Below are positions 12,744-23,312 of a stretch of 64,000 bases of DNA, piece after piece (position 1 is the stretch's first letter; every line of letters starts with the position of its first letter). The stretch lies in assembly GCF_018977255.1 (NCBI RefSeq), contig NW_024704742.1, positions 496,001-560,000 of the forward strand, in the 5' to 3' direction. Below the pieces are notes generated by a model, which did no database searches, was not told the DNA's origin, and worked only from the letters and a program-made list of their open reading frames with translations. Origin of the DNA: Callorhinchus milii (lineage: Eukaryota). Position numbers and translations under genes: made by a program.

Positions 12744-15700
12744 CTGAGAGAGAAATGGGTTTTATTAGACATGAAGAACAACAGTGGTAATCAGTGTAAG
12801 CAAATATACAATAGAGCCCTGTTATAGAGGGCTTCTTTATAACACGGGTTTGCATATAACATAATTGGGTTGTGGATCCTGACTTTCTCTGATCTAAAAA
12901 TCCCAAATCCTGATATTGTGCCAATGAAATCCATTGCAAGTCGCGCTTGAAATCCAGTTGTCGCCGTTCATGAAGCATCATTGCAACTGGGATCCACTCC
13001 AGTACTGTACATGGAGCAATATCTGAGCTCAGTATCTCACCCAGAGAGCCTCCAACGATAAATCCCTTTCCGGGATAGGTTAACTCCTCATCAGTACACT
13101 TCACGGCAGGGATTGAAATGGAATGTCAGCACAGATGTTGGGTGTGTAGTAGGAGGAGATTAATTTCCATCCTTAATAGGCAGTTAGTGGACCAACGCTT
13201 GACACGTAGAGTAAGACTGGGCTCTGTCACTTTATTGGAGCCGAATGAAACTCCAGCCTGATTTTTCGAGGGAATTATGATTTCTTTAGATATAGGGATT
13301 GGCCTGTGTATTTCATACATTTAGGAATTTTTAAAATATTTTTACTGGTATTATTTCCCTGAATTTACCCATATGACAAAGTGGGGCTCAAAATATATAT
13401 TGTTTCTCTTACCTTGACAGCTGCATGGAATTTCTTTTGCAGATGTACATAAAATTGATTCAGGAACTGTTCGAGGCTGTTCTTCATGTAATTTTCACTG
13501 TTGGGGCAGTCGATCTGTGGAATAAACCAAGATTTACTCCTTTTGTTCAAATGTAAATATATCTTCAATGCAGAATGGTGATACGAATCATTTTGTTTTG
13601 TTCAAATCATTGTGTATTTGTTTGCCCACAAAAACACAGTCACTCCACTTCACAGCAAATCCTTTGAGGTGCTTTAGTATATTTGTCTTCCCGACGTGAA
13701 AGCCGCTATACTGAATGCAAGGATGATTATTATTATTCAACAACAGTCTAGTGATCTAAACCGGAGCTGTGGGAATGTAACAAAAAGGCAGCCGTGTATT
13801 AAAGCAAATTTTAACTTCCAAGATCAGACTACTCCAAAGGGTGTTTTACGAGGGAACAAAGATCCCTCGTTGTAATAAACAACCCTGTGTATCACAAAGC
13901 TCCTTTGCCTTTAAATTCATATGAGTTTCCCCACTTCGAAAAGTATTTTGAAACTTACATTTAAAAGGTTCAGCTGTTTTGCTTTTCTGTTCAGTTTTTC
14001 TACGGTATTAATTTGCATCCGGGATTTCTTGAGGCCTTTTAGTTCGGCCATGTAACAGGAAAGGTTATCCTAAAGAGGAGACAAAAGCAAACAAGACTGC
14101 TCAGCATTTTTCAAATACTAAATGTGCTATGTGTTTCAAAATACAAGTGTAACATATACCCTTTGAAATCAGCTTACGCTTAGAAATGTACAAGAAAACA
14201 ACAACAACAACAAGATTCCATTTATTGAGCACCTTTCACGTCAGGAGGACGTCCCAAGACGCTGTTTATAAGAACATAAAACATTAAAAGAGAAACTCAA
14301 ACTCAGTACAGACTGGGATTTAAACCAGCGAGATCCTGGTCTGTATAGTGAGGATCTGTCCAGTATGTTATCAGTCCCCTTTCCATTCATTCTTAGAGCC
14401 CTGCCCACTAAATCTCCTGAGGCAATTTTCTGCATTAATGCTACGAGTATTCCATCATCTCAATTTGTTTCCTAAAACTTTGAACCCTTTCCCAACAATA
14501 CATTGATCTAATTCCTCGTTGGATCTAAAAAAAAAGCCCAGTGGTTCAGGTTACCTGAAAAAGTAACGTGCAATCATTTCCATTTGTTGTAAAACTGAGA
14601 TAGTTAAGATGGCTAAGAATTAATATTAGTGAACACTTTAATCTGCAATAGCTTTAAGAGGGGAAAATAGATTAAGATGCATAGCTGATGGCCATTAAGT
14701 TCCCCATGCCATATAGGAGTCTATTAGGAAAGCAGGGCAGTGGCTGAGATACATACAGGACGGGCGAGTATGTGTGACTTTCACTTGGGTTCAGGCAGTG
14801 GGAGTTCAATGACAAAACGGTGTGTCATATTGGTGTGTTGAATAAAATCCACCGAGTCATCAGCAACTCGAGCAGAAACTTCCGATTGACAGAGAAGAAA
14901 CCGTGCTCTAACACAAAGGCAGCTTGCCTCTTTTCCATTAGTTATGAGATTTAGAGTAACACCAAACTATCGCTGACCAACTTCAGTGAACTTCCTGTCT
15001 TACGGTGGTTTGTTCAGTCTGCTGACTGTGCAGGAACTTCTGACTAAGCGCTAAGCGCATCGAGGACTATAGTTATCTTCCTGACAATGTCATGTCACGC
15101 AGACAGAACTGCTCTCATGTTTTCTGGTGCCTTGTTTGTGGCCCCACAACCTGCTACAGAAAGGAAAAAGCCCCTGATAGATAGGAAGTGGGGGATCCCC
15201 TGACAAAAAAAAGTTTCCGGATTTATTTACATAATACCACCGGTTGTCAATTGTTCAGTATGTTCTGTAGTTTGTGAAAAGCCAATAAGAGTCTTTAGTA
15301 CAACAACAACAAATTACACTTGCGCCGCACCTTTCACATCGGGAGGACGTTCCCAAGGCATTTGACAGTCAGGGATCTGAACCAGAGCTGGGGGTTGGGA
15401 TCAGAAGGGGTAGAGGGAGGGGAGGGGAGGGTTAGGATGGTGACCGAATGCGCGGTTGAAGAAGAAGGTCTTGAGACATGCCGTGAAGGAGGCGAGGTAG
15501 GGAACGAGGCGAAGGGATGTTGGATGGACTTCCAAAGGGTGAGGGTGGAGAGGCTGAAAGCCACGGGGGCGAGGGATGTGGATCAGGCCGGAGCCTGTTG
15601 AGTGGAGGGAGCTGACAGGTCGATATAGTATTAAGTTATACTGAACCACATTCCTGTCAGACTCAATAATAAAAAATTCACCTTCATGGCCCCAGACTTA

Positions 15701-17886
15701 ACAAGTTGCGATATGAGTATCTCTTCCAAAGGGTATTAGAGAAAGGGTTGACTGGTATTCTCAATGAATTAAGACCGAGCTATTTGATTTGGAGGAAGCT
15801 CCATCTGCCTTTCACTGATTACTCACAAACAAGTTGGTTCTCACTGTTGCTTTTTAACGCCCACAACAAACACAGACTGTGTAGAGCAGCATTGTGTTGG
15901 TTGGGCTGCACTACAGAGACACAATGTCAAACTATAATTTGCAATTTGCAAACGTAAAGGAGGAGGAAAATGTGCAAAAAAAAAATAATACTATCTAACA
16001 ATCATTAAGGTTTGGGATGACAGTATGAACCATTAATTTTGTTATTTAAGCAAATTAAGCATTTCAATTTAATCTTTTCTCTTATTGTGGTAGCAAAATT
16101 TACAAGATTACTTATGCTTGACTACAACACATGAAATAAGACTCCTAGATTAAACGTTCTCCACTAACTTTGTGTTGTGAAATAGACTAAAAGAAGATCA
16201 TACCAAATTAAACTAGCAAATAAATTGAATTTCAGGGAAGATTGAAGGATCTTGTAAGGTAATAATAATAATAATCTTTTAAATTGTCTTCAGCCTAGAT
16301 CAAAAATTTAGTCGACCCTTTTGAAATATAATTTAAAAACTGAAGTTTCAATAACATCATGCTATGGTAGCAACTCTATATAGATTATATTTCTTACTCT
16401 TTCCAATGCTAAATAAGTTGTAGCTTATTGAGATTCAGGACTAGCTCCTAAAAGCAGCTCTTGAATTTCTATTGCAGTTAGCTTAAAAGATTGCTATTTT
16501 CTGAAAGGGATATTATTCAAGTAGATAAATACAAGCGATCATTTAAATATTCTGTGATCTTTTAAGTATTCTAAGTGCAACTAGATGCATCTTTGAACCT
16601 TTTAACAAGCACACCGGAAACACCTTCTTCCTTCCTGTGATTGCATTCAACTGATAAACAGAAATACAAATTTAAAGATAGTGAATATTTTTTAATTCAG
16701 CATTATTTGAATAGAGAAATTACTTAGTGAAAATTTATGTCAATGAATTGCCCGTCAACCTTTACATCTTTCTATGAATTAAATAATTTTAAACCGGAAG
16801 ATGTGCTTCCACCTACAATGGATGTGTGTGTCCAAATCTCACAGTACTATTTAGAATAGTTACAACATAATAAGATGTGAGAAAAGTGCTTTGCCACTGG
16901 GATTGCCACCTGCAGTCCGTTTACTTGAGTGAGATGTTGCAATTAGGAAGTATTCACTGAAATACATAAACATACCTGCCAAAAGCAAGCTAAGAAAACT
17001 TTCTAACATTAACCTCCCCCCCGACTCTGAACCACTGAACTCTTGCCACCAAACAACACAAATTACTACGACTTGCGTCAGAAAAAACAAGGGTGATTCA
17101 CCGGCAGAATGATTAGGTAATATCACAAAGTATGCAAACTTTCAAACCCCTCAGCTCAGTTTGATGTCCATTTTCTGCCTTTCTATATCTATTTTGCTTC
17201 TCTCCTTAAGTTGCCTTAAAAGTGATCCAACCCTTAGCAGCTCTGGAGTGCAGTGCGTGTGACAGACGGGAATGGATCGAATACAATGCAACATTCTGAC
17301 TCACCCACTTTCAAAATGTCAATGTTGATTTTTTTTTTAGTCTTTCGCTTCTGAGCGTTTAGAAAGTGGAGATCTCTGAGAGCGGCTTTTCACATTGTGC
17401 GGCTTCTCCAGCCCCAGTTATGAAATATATGTCCAAATATGGATTAGCATTAGCCATCAAGCTATCAGGAACTGCAGATAAGACCTGACTATTGGTGGTA
17501 TATTCGGCCGTGGTCAGTCCTCGCTCCTAAGCAAAGCAGCATTGACTAGAGATGTGCTGATGTCTGTTACTACAACACAAAACCAAGCAAAGTGTACTTA
17601 CCAATTTGCTTTCTGTAGTGCGAACTGTAACGCCAGATTGCTGAGAAAATAAGGAGGTAAAGTCAGACTCTAAGTTTCATTCTATATTGAAACGAAAACT
17701 ACCGACAAAAAAAAAGAAAATCCAACGCGATGATGTCTCATTGCAGAAACTTACCCCAAACATTTTTTTCAAATTTCGGACATCCTTCATCATCTCTTTC
17801 AGAACCACATGATCACGTCTGGGAGCTGCATGAAGAACAGCAATGAAAGCAGCGAGGATGAAGCTGTAAAAGATGATCCTGTTCAT
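12735..17886 (-). CDS. IL2: Interleukin-2-like cytokine (IL-2/IL-15/IL-21 family), spliced CDS join(17886-17755,17640-17602,14069-13959,13514-13413,12743-12735), 130 aa
   Basis: Manually assembled exons, all with canonical GT-AG sites and phase-0 introns. 20-aa signal peptide followed by AP, as in IL-2. Helix A Asp (KEMMKDV), helix B LSCYMAEL (cf. IL-2 LQCLEEEL, IL-15 MKCFLLEL), helix C NTVEKL (cf. IL-15 DTVENL), helix D QFLNQFYVHLQK with the family's conserved Gln. Confidence 0.85.
13413..13514 (-). CDS. IL2: IL-2-like exon 4 (CD loop + helix D, 34 aa)
   Basis: Acceptor ggtttattccacag; IDCPNSENYMKNSLEQFLNQFYVHLQKKFHAAVK; donor AAG|gtaaga. Unspliced read-through would stop at 13365. Confidence 0.88.
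13959..14069 (-). CDS. IL2: IL-2-like exon 3 (helices B and C, 37 aa)
   Basis: Acceptor ttttgtctcctctttag, donor gtaagt; 111 nt open frame DNLSCYMAELKGLKKSRMQINTVEKLNRKAKQLNLLN. Confidence 0.9.
15300..15600 (-). mobile_element. L2-type LINE 3' fragment in IL-2-like intron 2
   Basis: AFSLSTLTLWKS...; (CAA)n tail; GGGAGGACGT stem-loop. Confidence 0.75.
17602..17640 (-). CDS. IL2: IL-2-like exon 2 (AB loop, 13 aa QSGVTVRTTESKL)
   Basis: Acceptor ccttattttctcag, donor gtaagt; 39 nt, phase 0/0, a typical short second exon. Resembles IL-15 TLYTES. Confidence 0.88.
17755..17886 (-). CDS. IL2: IL-2-like exon 1 (signal peptide + helix A, 44 aa)
   Basis: acacaATG start; MNRIIFYSFILAAFIAVLHA|APRRDHVVLKEMMKDVRNLKKMFG; donor GGG|gtaagt; 132 nt. 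Confidence 0.9.
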
Positions 17887-17988
17887 TGTGTCTGTGCTGG
17901 GCTGTTAAACTCACAGGCAGTGGTTATGAGTTCTTCGTAAAGAAGACTTGATTGAATTGAGAATAGTACCTACTACAGATGGAATGGC

Positions 17989-17998
17989 ATATATATAT
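17989..17998 (-). promoter_or_regulatory. TATA box of the IL-2-like gene
   Basis: ATATATATAT run about 105 nt upstream of the ATG. Confidence 0.6.
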
Positions 17999-17999
17999 T

Positions 18000-18370
18000 C
18001 TTGTTGGGAAAGGTAAGGCCCTCCCATTTAACATTTTGGAAATGTTTCTGAAACACTCAATGAGTAATCCTTTTCTTTTCCAGTGGCAAGGTGTACGTAC
18101 ATACATGCGCGTGTGTGAGTGTGTTTGTGTAGGGGGGTGGAGGATAGGAAGCACAAACCAGCACTAAGGCAATCTCCATATTGGGGTTAGGGAAACAAGT
18201 GAAAGTGGTAAATTCCCACTGTAGACCAGCACGATACAGCTTGAGAACCATCATCACCTCACTCCTAGCTGGAAAATGACAACAGTGTTTTCATTTTGAT
18301 TTTCCATATCGCATTACCTGTCCAATCAGTCAAATTTCAGTCATATCTGAACTTGTGAAATGAGTAATTC
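18000..18370 (-). promoter_or_regulatory. Inducible T-cell-type proximal promoter (NFAT/AP-1/kB/IRF-Blimp1-like motifs)
   Basis: TGGAAA cores at about 18037, 18076-18082, 18270 and 18300-18306; AP-1-like TGAGTAA at 18061 and 18361; kB-like GGGAATTTACC 18207-18217; AAGTGAAAGT 18197-18206. Confidence 0.55.
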
Positions 18371-19544
18371 TGTATGTGTGTCATGTGCAGGATTTTTTTT
18401 TATTCCTATCTTATGCTAGTGCAGAAAGTAGTTGTCACAGTGAAAGGGAGAGGCCAAGACCTGAACGATTGAAAGGTGCATTTTAACCTGACTTTGAAAG
18501 GATGCTGAAAAAGGTTTTTTTTGAAGGACGAAATATTGACAATATTTCAGCTGCGCCGGTTCGAAAAGAGAAAACTCTTTGACTAATTGTTGGGGGCCAT
18601 TAGAGTTTGTAAATTGTTATGCAATTCATGAAATAATTTGCTTGTGATTCATATTGAAGCCTGATATCTGTGGCAGTGTTTAACGATCTCGTGCAGATGC
18701 ACTGAATCGTGAATGAACTCGATGGAGACCAATGATAGAAAAGTAACCACTGTTTGTCATTTGTATACATCACCTCTGCCATAGTGTTAAACCCACCAAG
18801 TTTTCCTTTAACCCCTTTCCCCCCATGTTGTGTTTGCAGTCGTTTCAATGCAACTTTGAAACAACAGGTACAATTCACACACTTTCTTCAAAGGTTTTTT
18901 TTTGGCGGGGGTTAAAGTTAATTTGTTGGGACTCCATCCCTCGCTGAAGCCCTGTTTTTCCAGCCTTGGCTCACTGCAGTATTTAATTTCAGCCAAAATG
19001 GATTGGTGACATTGCCATGAGATACAGATGATTTAGCATCTGTGCGACTGTGGTTACCTAACACCGTGCGGTCTTTTACAGAACTTCTCTCTCACCCTTT
19101 GTATCATGATGCAGTTTGTCCATAAAATACACAGTCACTTCACGTCACACTGCATCCTGTGAAGCGCTTTGAGACGTCTCGAAGACGTGATAAGGCGCTG
19201 TATCAAATGCAAGGATTATTATTATTTATTTTACAGTTGACATCTTTGTTTTCAGTTTTATTTCGTTAAACGTTTCGTAGGAATACTCCCTGGGTTTTGA
19301 TTCTTGATATTGGTTTATTTGACATTGGAAAGAGTAAAAAAAATATAGAGTATGCTCTACTCCGAGTAGATAGCACAGCACGTTAGTTTTTAAATTATAT
19401 TTCAAACTAGTTGACTAATTTTTTAAACTAGACTAACTTCAATTTAAAAGAATCGTACTCTTTCCGAAAACATAATGCAGGTGAAAACCAGCAGATGATG
19501 AAATGTTATTTTTGACAAGAAGACTATTAAAAGACTATTAGAAA

Positions 19545-19950
19545 TCGACTTCAAGATCCTCGCCCTTGTCTTCAAATCCCTCCACTCCTCTGCACCCCCC
19601 GACCTCTCTGACCTCCTCTCTCCTCACAACAGTACCCGTTGGCTTCGTTCCTCCGGGTCTGGCCTCCTCCTCGTCCCCGAGTCCTCCGCTCCCCCCTCGG
19701 CGGCCGTGCCTTCAGCCACTATGCCCCGAGGCTCTGGAACTGCCTTCCTCACTCCCTTCCCCTCGGCCCCTCCCTTCCCATTTTCAGGTCTCTGCTGAAG
19801 ACCTTTCTTTTCGACCGCGCCTTTGGTCACCTTTCCCCCCCTCCCCCTCCACCCGGCTTGGCCCCGGGATCCGTTACTGTGAAAGCGCTCTGAGACGCCG
19901 TCCGCCGTGGAGGGCGCTATATAAATCCAAGTTGTTGTTGTTGTTGTTAT
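19545..19950 (+). mobile_element. L2-type LINE 3' fragment
   Basis: GGRAFSHYAPRLWNCLP...FRSLLKTFLF, with (TTG)n tail. Confidence 0.85.
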
Positions 19951-20291
19951 TATAAAAGTACATTTTTTTAAAAAAAAATCTCTTCCCCAATTATTTTATT
20001 TCTCCAATTTTTTTCTGGTTTTTATTTTGCTTTATTTTAAACGTTACTCACGAGAATCTTGGGATATTGTAAGGAATCAAGCGTTCTGGGACGCTAGTCT
20101 GTGTGAAGGGCGCTGTATAAATATGCAAGTTGTTGTTGCTTTTATTGAATCTCTGCAATTTAGCCAAATAGTGCATACATGGATTGTTGCGGTTGGCTGC
20201 CCCGTTTAGCCACAAAATACACTTTACGGTGTTTATTGTGAAGCGCTTTGAGACGTAAGAAAGAGCCCAATTGTAAGAAATGGATTTACCA

Positions 20292-20620
20292 AGTCCTGGA
20301 GGGTAGTGGTTAGTGTGCTTGCCTTGCAAGTGAGAAGACTCTGGCTCAATTCCTGGGCGGAGTGAAACCTGAGGCAAGTTTCCTTACTCCACACGCCTCC
20401 GTTTACCTATTAGTAAGTTAGTCGATTGGCAGATTGCTTTCTGGGAGTAATAATCCCTCCATGACTGTTTGTGGGACACTGCTGTGCGCAATTGAATTGG
20501 CCGCCGCGTTTCAGCCTCAAAGTGTACAATCAATCCACTTCACGATATATTCTATGAAGGGCATTGAGACATCTGAACGATATGTTAAGTGGCTATATCA
20601 GACACAATTATTATTATTCA
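20292..20620 (+). mobile_element. tRNA-headed SINE (main family), diverged
   Basis: Head, body and tail similarity to the family. Confidence 0.75.
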
Positions 20621-21824
20621 CTTAGTTTTAAAAGCTGAATGCATTACACTACAGGCAGTGTGGATTGATGCGATTCCTAAACCAGCTTCTGGAGGCAGTC
20701 CAGGGACTTGTATTTGACTCAAATAGGAGTTATGTCAGTGTTGTACTCAACCTTTACTACTGTTGTGGAAATCACATCAAGTTGACCACCGCTGTGTAAT
20801 AATAACAGATATTAACATAGCAAATAACATATAATAACATAGCAAACCCTATGGAAATCTGCAGAGTTCCCAAATTGAATAAAGCTCTATCAGATGAGTG
20901 GTCCCACTGATATTCCTGGGAGCTGCTTCGCTCCCAGCGTTACAGTACTGCGATGTGGAGTGAGAACTTTGTTTCACACCGGTTTCACCCCACATCGCGT
21001 TGAATCTGGCTAGAAAAAAAACAAATACCTGATTTGGGACATTTCGCAGCACACACACTAGCATTTTTGAAGTCCGCTTAAAAGGCAGGCTGTTTGGTGG
21101 CTTGAAGCACAGGGGTAGTGTTATTGCACAGTTCTATTAAAGCGTGAATCAATCTGAGAAATGCTTGAGTTTCCACTTTTCCGGTTTAAATTAATAGGAA
21201 TTTGTAATAATGTTAAGTCGACTAAATATTCGTACCTGGAACAGGTAACCAACCAGGAAAGGTAGTAGAGGAAAAAATACTGGAAGAAACGGCTTGATGC
21301 TACTATGGGAAGATCACGGGTGAGATCTGATGAACCTCAGGGTGTTCCTTATTCAAATCCCTTTCTTAGAAGCCTCCACTTGTCAGTAAATTTGCTTTTG
21401 GGTACAAGTGGGGGTGTTTAAAATTTGGCATGTTTATATCCTCCCATCTTTTGTTAATCTTGTGCAAATATTGCCTATCATAATAAACATTAGTTGCACT
21501 ATTAGGGGCAGATGATGTGTATTTACATTCAATCTGATCTTTTGGCTTTTTGCATGTATGAAATTTGACTTAAAATTAATAATAATAATAATAGTCTTTG
21601 CGTTTGATATAGCGCCTTATCATATTGTTGAGACGTCTCAAAGCGCTTCACAGAATATACTATAAAGTGAATTGACTGTATATTTTGTGGGCGAAACGTG
21701 GAGGCCAATTGCGCACAATTCTTTTTGCCTAGTTTCTTTCCTTCACAGAAAATATGCTTACGTGGGATAGCCTGTGCCCAGGAGGAGCATGCCATAACCT
21801 GTATGTGGATTAGATTAGTGTTTA

Positions 21825-22170
21825 GAGCACTTGGTTAGAGCGCAAAAGACCTTGGTTCGATTCCAAACACTGGGCTAGTTTCTGGATGCCACACGCCTCT
21901 GTTTACCAAGCCGTAAGTGGGAATTTGGTTCTTACTCAATTAGCAGATTGCTTTTCTGGGGATAATAATCCCTTTAATTATTTTTTAAAAATAATTTAGT
22001 CACTCAATCCAAGATTGTTTGTGGGACGTCACTGGGCGCAATTGGCTGCCACGTTTCGCCCACAAACTATATAGTTACTACACTTGACAGTATATACTGT
22101 GAAGCGCGTTGGTACATCTTGAAGACCTGGTAAGGCGCTATATCAAATTCAAGGATTATCATTATTATTA
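21825..22170 (+). mobile_element. tRNA-headed SINE (main family), diverged
   Basis: GGTTCGATTCC B box, family body and tail. Confidence 0.7.
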
Positions 22171-22939
22171 GATAAGAGAAGAAGACTGAGCGTAACAAAA
22201 TGGGAGAAGGTTTAGATTCAGCACAGAGAACGGGCATCATGGAGAATTGGGAATCTGGACATCTGTAAAGCCACAACTCAACCCACAATATACATCATTG
22301 CAACTGTCATCCATAGATGACTGGAACATGCTATTTGCTGACGTTCAAATCAACGCAACAATCTTGGGGTTGCAAGCTTAACATGACAACTTCTATTTTG
22401 AACTCACAGCGCGATGGTCTGACCTTCAAGCTGTGAGGTAGTGTGAAATAAGAATTAGTGCAGCGAGAGGGGAAAAAAGGAGAGGTTTTCTAAAATATGA
22501 ATTAACTTAGTATGTGTTTAGCTCCTTTTCCATGTGCGAAGCCCTTTCTGCACTCTGTGGAGAGAGGTTAGGGCCACTTGGGGAGATTTGAGGTAAAAGT
22601 ATGTATTGTGAACTGTTGGCTGATACACGCAGTTGTAAGAAAAGGTTAAAACAAGAAGTAAAGTTAAAAGGTTTAAAGAAGACTTGAAATAAAAAAAACA
22701 CAACTGATCGTGAGGTTCATTCGGGTTTCACAATGGTGTTGTCAACTGAGGGATAGATACTCTACTTGGAGCTCATTATGTTTGGGAATCATTTTGACTT
22801 GGCCAGTTAGTCTATTGACTGAGGTGCTTCTCTCATTCTCTCTCTCTCTCTTTCATATTCCTCCCTCCCTCTGTCCCTCTCTCTCTCTCTCATTCCTTCC
22901 TCCCTCCCTCCCTCGTGCGAAACACTTGAGTTCGCCTTG

Positions 22940-23312
22940 TGGAGTCCTGTAGAGAGTAGAGGTTAGTGCGCTCGTCTCGCAAGAGAGAGAATCTGGGTTC
23001 GATTCCCGGGCGGGTCAGGCAAACGTAGGCAAGTTTCCTTACTCAACACACGCCTCTGTTTACCCAGCAGTAAGAAGGAACCCGCTTGTTAGTCGATTGG
23101 TGCATCACTTTTCCGGGGATAATAATCCCTCAATAAAAAACAATAATAATTTGGTCACTTAATTCACAAATGTTTGTGGGGCACTGCTGTGCGCAATTGG
23201 CTGCTGTGTTTTGCCCACAAATCAATTCACTTATATTCTGTGAAGAACTTTGAGACATCTAGAAGATTGAAAAGCGCTATATCAAATGCAAGGATTATTA
23301 TTGTTATTATTA
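22940..23312 (+). mobile_element. tRNA-headed SINE (main family), full length
   Basis: GTGGAGTCCTGTAG head through (TTA)n tail. Confidence 0.85.

Noticed and set aside
12649..13104. 151-aa minus-strand ORF
   Set aside because: Non-ATG start and no recognisable domain; it lies in putative intron 4 and the 3' UTR.
16860..16977. Possible extra cytokine exon in intron 2 (acceptor ttttggcag at 16976)
   Set aside because: The phase-0 frame hits a stop after 10 codons, there is no good donor, and the protein is complete without it.
12735..17886. Calling the cytokine IL-21, IL-15 or IL-4/13
   Set aside because: It lacks the four-Cys pattern of IL-21/IL-15 and the split leader of IL-15, and its CxxxEL and FLxxF..LQ motifs fit the IL-2/15/21 family rather than IL-4/13. 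IL-21 or IL-15L identity is not fully excluded without synteny.
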